Source: a virus
Virus record (IMG/VR): IMGVR_UViG_3300022758_000105
Location: 1 to 6,776 of that record
Direction: 5' to 3' (one strand)
DNA: 6,776 nucleotides
This document shows, piece by piece, positions 1-3,821 of this stretch (position 1 is the first letter of the stretch; every line of letters starts with the position of its first letter). Below the pieces are notes generated by a model that was given only the letters and a program-made list of their open reading frames with translations, was not told the DNA's origin and did not search any database. The translations under genes and the position numbers were made by a program.

Positions 1-127
1 CCGAGTTAAAGAATAATATACCATGCCAATGCGGGCGATATGTCCGTCCACCATACTCTGATACAAGGTAGTAACATATTTTTTCATCGTATTTCTCTGC
101 AATCAATTTACGTAAACGTTTAAAAAA
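1..127. repeat. Terminal redundancy, copy 1 (identical to 6650-6776); signature of a circular genome with a 6649-nt unit
   Basis: Position-by-position comparison: 1-127 (ccgagttaaagaataatatacc...cgtaaacgtttaaaaaa) reads the same as 6650-6776, a constant offset of 6649. Confidence 0.95.
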
Positions 128-700
128 CAAATTCTGATCATAAGGATTCAAAACCAAAACCTCATTACGACATTCATCAATAGGAGGGAAAACAACACAT
201 TTGCGTGCAAAATCATAACGACCGTTAGAAGCTACCAACAAATCACGTATTTCCTTACCAGAAAAAGTATGAAGAAACTGATAAGAATCCTCTGTTTCTG
301 AAAAATCGCGAACACGACCGGAGTCGTGAACGCGAAAACAGCCAGAACGGGGTAAATAAGTAGCTGCTATTTGATACCTAGAATCATCGTAGGGCAAATG
401 TCTAGGGTCAGGATCGGACATATAAGCATCTATCTCACTTTCAGCATCACACCTTTCTACAACCTCAAGAGACACACGAGGAACAAACTCATCCGAATAA
501 GTAAGCGTAAAAAAGTAGGCATACTTAAAATGAGACGACATGTTAGATATTAAAGCACATTGGATATTAGAACGATGAACAAGACATGACGGACATGTAC
601 CACAACGAACAAACAAAGTTTCATGAGTGTATCTATTAGTCACCTTTCGAGGGTGAAAACACTCTGTAGCTAAATATTTTTCCCGTTCTTTTTCTGTCAT
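1..700 (-). CDS. VP4: Replication initiation protein VP4 (HUH rolling-circle endonuclease), N-terminal part; the ORF runs off the window start and continues at 6776 through the circular junction
   Basis: Hand translation of the minus strand from ATG 700-698 stays open to position 1: MTEKEREKYLATECFHPRKVTNRYTHETLFVRCGTCPSCLVHRSNIQCALISNMSSHFKYAYFFTLTYSDEFVPRVSLEVV...KRLRKLIAEKYDEKICYYLVS. The frame is continuous with ORF 5679-6755: (700+6649-5679+1)=1671 nt = 556 aa plus stop. The Cys-rich N-terminus (C-x-H...C-x2-C-x2-C) and the FFTLTY motif (RCR motif I) are typical of microvirus VP4. The ORF is absent from the ORF track because it has no stop inside the window. Confidence 0.92.
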   Translation of the reverse strand, partial: MTEKEREKYLATECFHPRKVTNRYTHETLFVRCGTCPSCLVHRSNIQCALISNMSSHFKYAYFFTLTYSDEFVPRVSLEVVERCDAESEIDAYMSDPDPRHLPYDDSRYQIAATYLPRSGCFRVHDSGRVRDFSETEDSYQFLHTFSGKEIRDLLVASNGRYDFARKCVVFPPIDECRNEVLVLNPYDQNLFFKRLRKLIAEKYDEKICYYLVSEYGGRTYRPHWHGILFFNS

Positions 701-702
701 AA

Positions 703-852
703 TCAAATAGTTTTAGCTAATGAAATCAAAACAGGAATACCATCAGATTCCTTTAGAGCCTGATTAACTGTAACCATAAGAGCATTTTCGCAAGCAACAT
801 AAACAACAGGCGCAGAGCCTTGTTTCTGATAAGAAATCAAATACATTTTCAT
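703..852 (-). CDS. Hypothetical small protein, 49 aa (below the ORF-track cutoff; found by hand translation)
   Basis: ATG at 852-850 lies 11 nt after the stop of the 65-aa ORF. Translation: MKMYLISYQKQGSAPVVYVACENALMVTVNQALKESDGIPVLISLAKTI. The stop TGA at 705-703 lies 2 nt before the VP4 ATG (tgattATG). It fills the gap between neighbouring genes exactly and is co-oriented with them. I recognise no homology. Confidence 0.5.
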   Translation of the reverse strand: MKMYLISYQKQGSAPVVYVACENALMVTVNQALKESDGIPVLISLAKTI

Positions 853-863
853 AATTTAAAAAT

Positions 864-1061
864 TTAACGATTAATATTAATTTTAGTACTATCAACACTA
901 GACGTAGAAGTTTGTTCAGTTTTCTGTGTCGAGTTTTGATTGTTCTTTGAAATAGACATAGAAATAGTGCAAGACTGTAAAAACAAAGTGGTAATAACAC
1001 CAACGATAAAAGTTGAAATTAATTTTACAATTTCAATCCATTGTTGAGGAGTAACTTTCAT
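864..1061 (-). CDS. Small membrane protein, 65 aa, with a signal-anchor or lipoprotein-like N-terminus (lysis or exclusion candidate)
   Basis: This is the ORF track entry 864..1094 trimmed to the first ATG (1061-1059). Translation: MKVTPQQWIEIVKLISTFIVGVITTLFLQSCTISMSISKNNQNSTQKTEQTSTSSVDSTKININR. It has one hydrophobic helix (LISTFIVGVITTLFL), then a lipobox-like LQS|C, then a polar S/T/N/Q-rich tail. It is co-oriented and tightly spaced with the downstream ORFs. Confidence 0.6.
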   Translation of the reverse strand: MKVTPQQWIEIVKLISTFIVGVITTLFLQSCTISMSISKNNQNSTQKTEQTSTSSVDSTKININR

Positions 1062-1178
1062 AATAAAACAAGTATTAGTTAAACAACACTGCAATAATAG
1101 AAATAAAAATCATAATAACCAAATAAAATGATGTTTTTTTTAGAGTAAGTGTAATTTTTCAAAAGAAAGACAAGAAGT

Positions 1179-1700
1179 GGGAGCTTTGAATGAGGTAAAT
1201 TCAAAGCCCTTCGGGAAAAATTAAATAGGCTTCGCCAATGAAATGAACTAGGGGGCAGCGATGCCGAACCGTTCCGCCCTTTCGGGCGCAGGTGTGTGCT
1301 ATAATAATATAAAATAGTAAAAAGAATATACAAATAATAAATATAGCACAACACTTTAATAAGAACGAGGAGCACATCTCCTATGCGGCTACGCCTGCAT
1401 AGGGCTGTGCTCCTCGTGGGGAGGGCTGCGCACTGGCACGTCCAGCGGCTGGACAGTGTTTGCATCATACGAGGTTGTATTTACCACCTCAAACGCCGGG
1501 GGGCTTCGGTGCATAACGGGAGGGTGAGGTGTGCCTTTATCCGAGAGGCGGCTACCTTAAGACCAGAATAAGGAGTGACGTGCACCCGGCCGGAGGCCGT
1601 GGTGTGCGGCTTCGCCGATACTATGGTGCTAGACGCTAAGGAGGGCTATGCGCCCTCTATTGCTCCATCAGCGTTCAAACGCCACGCAGGCTCGAAGATA
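1179..1700 (+). ncRNA. Candidate large structured non-coding element (RNA class unassigned; strand tentative; could also act as ssDNA structure in the viral strand)
   Basis: There is no credible ORF in any frame. By hand count, G+C is 233/400 (~58%) over 1201-1300 plus 1381-1680, versus 20-27 per 60 nt in four sampled coding lines. Watson-Crick helices verified by hand: 1183-1191/1199-1207 (9 bp), 1254-1257/1262-1265 (GCGA loop), 1275-1279/1284-1288 (TTTC loop, GAAA on the other strand), 1292-1303/1342-1354 (12 bp, 1 bulge, 38-nt A/T loop), and 1365-1376/1406-1417 (12 bp) stacked on 1380-1386/1397-1403 (7 bp). Further helices: 1437-1445/1449-1458 (9 bp, 1 bulge), 1471-1475/1486-1490, 1583-1591/1595-1604 (9 bp, 1 bulge), 1607-1610/1614-1617, 1641-1646/1652-1657 and 1671-1674/1679-1682. 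There are two cTTCGg motifs (1209-1214, 1504-1509). The + strand call rests on G>C (129 vs 104 in the sampled 400 nt), the UUCG and GCGA loops, and more G-T helix extensions on + (about 8) than on - (about 4). This is weak evidence. Confidence 0.4.
1292..1354. repeat. Inverted repeat forming a GC-clamped hairpin with a 38-nt, almost pure A/T loop
   Basis: tgtgctata (1295-1303) pairs with tatagcaca (1342-1350). gtg (1292-1294) pairs with cac (1352-1354) across the bulged A1351. The loop 1304-1341 is ataatataaaatagtaaaaagaatatacaaataataaa. Confidence 0.8.
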
Positions 1701-1922
1701 CTACTCGACTATAACCAACTCGTAACTACTAACAAGATTTTCAGAGTTAAGCATATCATGCAAAGACGAATAGCGATAAACGGTAAAATCATAGTCCTGA
1801 TAATAAGGAAAGTTTTTTCGAACCCACCTCTTAAAATAAGCCTTGGCATTAGAACGAGAACCAATATAGGTATTAGCAACAAAAGAACCACAATACAATG
1901 TAAAATAAAATTCTTCTTTCAT
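1701..1922 (-). CDS. Minimal GIY-YIG nuclease domain protein, 73 aa (I-TevI / Seg-like homing-endonuclease catalytic core without a DNA-binding domain)
   Basis: ORF track sequence: MKEEFYFTLYCGSFVANTYIGSRSNAKAYFKRWVRKNFPYYQDYDFTVYRYSSLHDMLNSENLVSSYELVIVE. FYF-x11-YIGS...KRW.R..F parallels I-TevI GIYQIKNTLNNKVYVGSAKDFEKRWKRHF (recalled from memory), and SEN parallels the catalytic ERENFW Glu. AAGGAG (1935-1930) lies 7 nt upstream of ATG 1922-1920. The ORF ends about 12 aa after the putative catalytic Glu, exactly at the border of the GC-rich island. Confidence 0.7.
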   Translation of the reverse strand: MKEEFYFTLYCGSFVANTYIGSRSNAKAYFKRWVRKNFPYYQDYDFTVYRYSSLHDMLNSENLVSSYELVIVE

Positions 1923-1924
1923 AA

Positions 1925-2077
1925 TTATTCTCCTTTCTTCAATTTATCTATTTGTTTTAATAATAATGCTTGTACGATTGTTAGTGATTCTTTTTCTTTT
2001 TCGGTGAGTTCTTTTTTTGTTATAAACTCAATCATTTCTAGTTCTTTTATTAGTTTTGCTAATTCTTTGGTTTTCAT
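1925..2077 (-). CDS. Hypothetical 50-aa highly charged helical protein (below the ORF-track cutoff; found by hand)
   Basis: ATG 2077-2075 is preceded by AAAGGAGGT (2090-2082), with a 5-nt spacer after GGAGG. Translation: MKTKELAKLIKELEMIEFITKKELTEKEKESLTIVQALLLKQIDKLKKGE. The stop TAA at 1927-1925 lies 2 nt before the GIY-YIG ATG, which suggests translational coupling. Confidence 0.6.
   Translation of the reverse strand: MKTKELAKLIKELEMIEFITKKELTEKEKESLTIVQALLLKQIDKLKKGE
1930..1935 (-). promoter_or_regulatory. Shine-Dalgarno site (AAGGAG) of the GIY-YIG ORF
   Basis: The minus strand reads gaagaAAGGAGaataattATG; the site is embedded in the last codons of the upstream 50-aa ORF. Confidence 0.65.
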
Positions 2078-2081
2078 ATTT

Positions 2082-2090
2082 ACCTCCTTT
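2082..2090 (-). promoter_or_regulatory. Shine-Dalgarno site (AAAGGAGGT) of the 50-aa ORF
   Basis: The reverse complement of 2082-2090 (acctccttt) is AAAGGAGGT, followed by aaat and the ATG at 2077. Confidence 0.7.
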
Positions 2091-2106
2091 GTTTTTGATT
2101 ACATTG

Positions 2107-2160
2107 CAAATATAAGAATAATTATTATAATCGCAAAATTATTATAATCAATTATAGCAA
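2107..2160 (-). promoter_or_regulatory. Promoter cluster for the minus-strand transcription unit: Bacteroides-type TTTG-N19-TAnnTTTG plus three TATAAT hexamers, one in extended -10 form
   Basis: The minus strand reads TTGCTATAATTGATTATAATAATTTTGCGATTATAATAATTATTCTTATATTTG. It carries TTTG (2137-2134), a 19-nt spacer, then TATATTTG (2114-2107), about 30 nt upstream of ATG 2077. TGcTATAAT lies at 2159-2151, with further TATAAT hexamers at 2146-2141 and 2129-2124. The cluster lies directly downstream of the VP2 terminator. Confidence 0.5.
2120..2149. repeat. 13-nt perfect direct repeat AATTATTATAATC x2 (2120-2132 and 2137-2149) inside the promoter region
   Basis: Indexed by hand; the two copies start 17 nt apart, and each contains TATAAT on both strands. 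Confidence 0.8.
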
Positions 2161-2194
2161 ACAAATAGTTAATAAAAGTGAAAAGCTTCAGGAC

Positions 2195-2223
2195 AAAAAA
2201 AACTCCCCCGGTCGACGGGGGAG
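2195..2223 (-). terminator. Rho-independent terminator downstream of VP2
   Basis: The minus strand reads CTCCCCCG-TCGAC-CGGGGGAG followed directly by TTTTTTTT. The stem is 8 bp (7 of them G-C; 2203-2210/2216-2223), the loop is 5 nt and the T8 tract is 2202-2195. The hairpin begins 5 nt after the VP2 stop (2229-2231). Confidence 0.85.
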
Positions 2224-2228
2224 CACCA

Positions 2229-3365
2229 TTAACGACGAATAGAACCTATAGCGTTTCCAACAACGCCAATAGTACGAAGTCCTTCCTCATAATACCGTTT
2301 ATTATAATTCCAACGGTCAATAAGAGATTTAAAGGACTTAGATTCAGCATCACGCCTTCCGGCTTCCTGGGCTTTTTGACCAAAGCCCATATTATAAGAT
2401 ATTTGCGATTCATATTGAGTACTCATAGCTGCAATATATTCATCAGCAAGGGCAAGAGCATTACGGTAATCAAGATCATTCTTCTTAGACATAGAATCAT
2501 ACCAAGTACCTTGCTTAGCCATTAAAATCTGTTTGGCAATAGATTCCTTACATTGCTGATACTTCAAATGTCCAGCAGCCATCATATCATAATACTGGGC
2601 AGCCATCACGTTAATACGAGTCTGTTCGGACTGGTCAAGATACTTATTCAAAGTACGCTTAGCAGCGACAGAAAGTAACAAATCTGTGCGTTCAGCCTTT
2701 TGAAGCAAATTAGTCCAACGCAAGTTTTGAAGATTCTGCTTATTAGTATCATAGTCAAGTTGTATACGCTGTAAACCAGTCTCACGCATCCATTTCCTAT
2801 AATCTGGGGAAAGTTTTCCCCAGTCAATATTAGAAAGAATCTGCATAAACTGGGCTCGTGCTACCTCTGCTTCTCCTTGCAAAACCTTAGTACGAGCATT
2901 AGACTCACGTTCCTGATAGAGCATCTGTCCGGCTCGTCCAAACTGTGAGCCAAGTTCTGAATAAACTTCAGGATTCACGGAAAGAGGAGGAGCAGCACTA
3001 GCTTGAGAAGTACTACCAGTAGAACCTGCAATACCAGTATTCGAATCATATCCCAAATAAGGGTTATATCCGGCTTCAGCACGCAATCTACGCTGATTAG
3101 CAGGAGAATTGTACTCGTTCTGTTTATTCCACATCTCAAGCTGAAAATCACGAGCCTTCTGGGCTTCACGAGCATTAAACTCGTTATTCATTTGATTCTG
3201 AAAAACATTCTTATTGTTAGAAGCGGCACCAAGAGCAGCACCACCAATAGCACCAATAGCACCAATAAGAGCAGGAACAATAGCTACATCATAACCATTA
3301 CTGGGCAGAAGCTGATTCAGAGCTATCGACACCAGAATCAGCAACAGAAGCTTGAGCGGTTTCAT
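2229..3365 (-). CDS. VP2: Minor capsid / DNA pilot protein VP2 (378 aa from ATG 3365; the ORF track begins at TTG 3374)
   Basis: The N-terminus has a hydrophobic Gly/Ala-rich segment (VPALIGAIGAIGGAALGAA). It is followed by EFNAREAQKARDFQLEMWNKQNEYNSPANQRRLRAEAGYNPYL, which matches the conserved microvirus VP2 signature (R-x-FQ...M-x-N...AG-x-NP-x-L). The gene overlaps the upstream ORF by 68 nt in another frame. The start codon is uncertain (ATG 3365 vs TTG 3374). Confidence 0.85.
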   Translation of the reverse strand: MKPLKLLLLILVSIALNQLLPSNGYDVAIVPALIGAIGAIGGAALGAASNNKNVFQNQMNNEFNAREAQKARDFQLEMWNKQNEYNSPANQRRLRAEAGYNPYLGYDSNTGIAGSTGSTSQASAAPPLSVNPEVYSELGSQFGRAGQMLYQERESNARTKVLQGEAEVARAQFMQILSNIDWGKLSPDYRKWMRETGLQRIQLDYDTNKQNLQNLRWTNLLQKAERTDLLLSVAAKRTLNKYLDQSEQTRINVMAAQYYDMMAAGHLKYQQCKESIAKQILMAKQGTWYDSMSKKNDLDYRNALALADEYIAAMSTQYESQISYNMGFGQKAQEAGRRDAESKSFKSLIDRWNYNKRYYEEGLRTIGVVGNAIGSIRR

Positions 3366-3810
3366 TTTCAGCAAGTTGTTTTAACGCTTCAGATTTCATA
3401 TCCTCGGCAAGTTCATTAATAGAGTCAACCCAAGCAAGAATCTCACTAGGTTGCTGAAGATGGCGAGATTTAACCATAGACAACAACTCATCATCAGAGG
3501 GGTTCAATTTGTCCAACTGTTCTTGTAAAGAAGAAGAACGAGGTCTCTTAGAATCCATAAAACGTTGAGCAGTAGAAACACCAACACGTTTAGCCAAATC
3601 AGCAGCGTGAAGCAACATACTTACATCAGAACGAATTCGATAAGAGACATTATCTGAAGAACACTCCACTTTTTCAAAACGAAAAGTTTCTATAGGATCA
3701 ATCTCGAGAGCAATCTCTTCCGGACGTTGAGACGGAAAAACATTAACAGAGCGTACAGGTTCAAATTTCCTAAAACCAGAACCAAAACAAAATATCTTTT
3801 TCTTACTCAT
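3298..3810 (-). CDS. VP3-like internal scaffolding protein candidate (170 aa)
   Basis: ORF track entry 3298..3810. It sits between VP1 and VP2, and its ATG lies 11 nt after the VP1 stop. It has an acidic C-terminal tail and its size is typical of microvirus scaffold proteins. The functional call rests on position and size, not on a motif I can verify. Confidence 0.6.
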   Translation of the reverse strand: MSKKKIFCFGSGFRKFEPVRSVNVFPSQRPEEIALEIDPIETFRFEKVECSSDNVSYRIRSDVSMLLHAADLAKRVGVSTAQRFMDSKRPRSSSLQEQLDKLNPSDDELLSMVKSRHLQQPSEILAWVDSINELAEDMKSEALKQLAENETAQASVADSGVDSSESASAQ

Positions 3811-3821
3811 AACAATAAAAT

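Noticed and set aside
870-881. Perfect 12-nt palindrome ATTAATATTAAT containing the phiX174 origin octamer ATATTAAT
   Set aside because: This is low-complexity AT sequence inside the 3' end of the 65-aa ORF. An 8-mer match in a ~63% A+T genome is not meaningful on its own.
764-1003. 79-aa minus-strand ORF overlapping the 65-aa and 49-aa ORFs
   Set aside because: It straddles the stop/start junction of two tightly packed co-oriented ORFs in a third frame, and its sequence is Leu/Cys-rich nonsense. The two-ORF solution explains the spacing better.
1261-1269. ATGCCGAAC (identical to a 5S rRNA segment) and GGTTCGG T-loop-like strings, suggesting a 5S or tRNA fragment
   Set aside because: There are no flanking cloverleaf or 5S helices; these are short chance matches.
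1291-1516. dif/Xer-like arms (GGTGTGTGCTATAA at 1291-1304, GGTGCATAA at 1508-1516), considered because Bacteroidota microviruses can be prophages
   Set aside because: Only the XerC-arm-like half is vaguely present. No TTATGTTAAAT-type XerD arm occurs at the proper 6-nt spacing.
1551-1564. The minus strand reads GGTCTTAAGGTAGC, a 13/14 match to the universally conserved 23S rRNA segment GGUCCUAAGGUAGC (the I-CeuI and intron-insertion hotspot region, recalled from memory)
   Set aside because: The flanks on both sides do not resemble 23S rRNA, and the match was found post hoc among many remembered motifs. It is worth a glance only if the island proves to be intron-related.
1665-1671. Hammerhead-like CUGAUGG on the minus strand
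   Set aside because: The core requires CUGANGA. Here the final A is G, and no matching GAAA or stem arrangement is present.
1672-1709. Group I intron R/S-like strings on the plus strand (GTTCAAAC... and AAGATACTACTCGAC vs Tetrahymena GUUCACAGACUAAA / AAGAUAUAGUCGGAC)
   Set aside because: The two elements lie only ~17 nt apart, leaving no room for P3' and P8. No complementary P7 strand was found, and no interrupted host gene or exons are evident. Group I identity cannot be supported by eye.
1079-2147. ORF-track entries across the GC island and antisense to the cassette: 1079..1468 (-) 129 aa, 1383..1571 (+) 62 aa, 1575..2147 (+) 190 aa, 1709..1891 (-) 60 aa
   Set aside because: The translations are low-complexity or Arg/Cys/Leu-rich with no motifs. 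Their starts sit inside hairpin stems (the GTG at 1575 overlaps its own AGGAG with no spacer). The 190-aa ORF is simply the antisense of the two well-supported SD-led ORFs. They look like by-products of composition.
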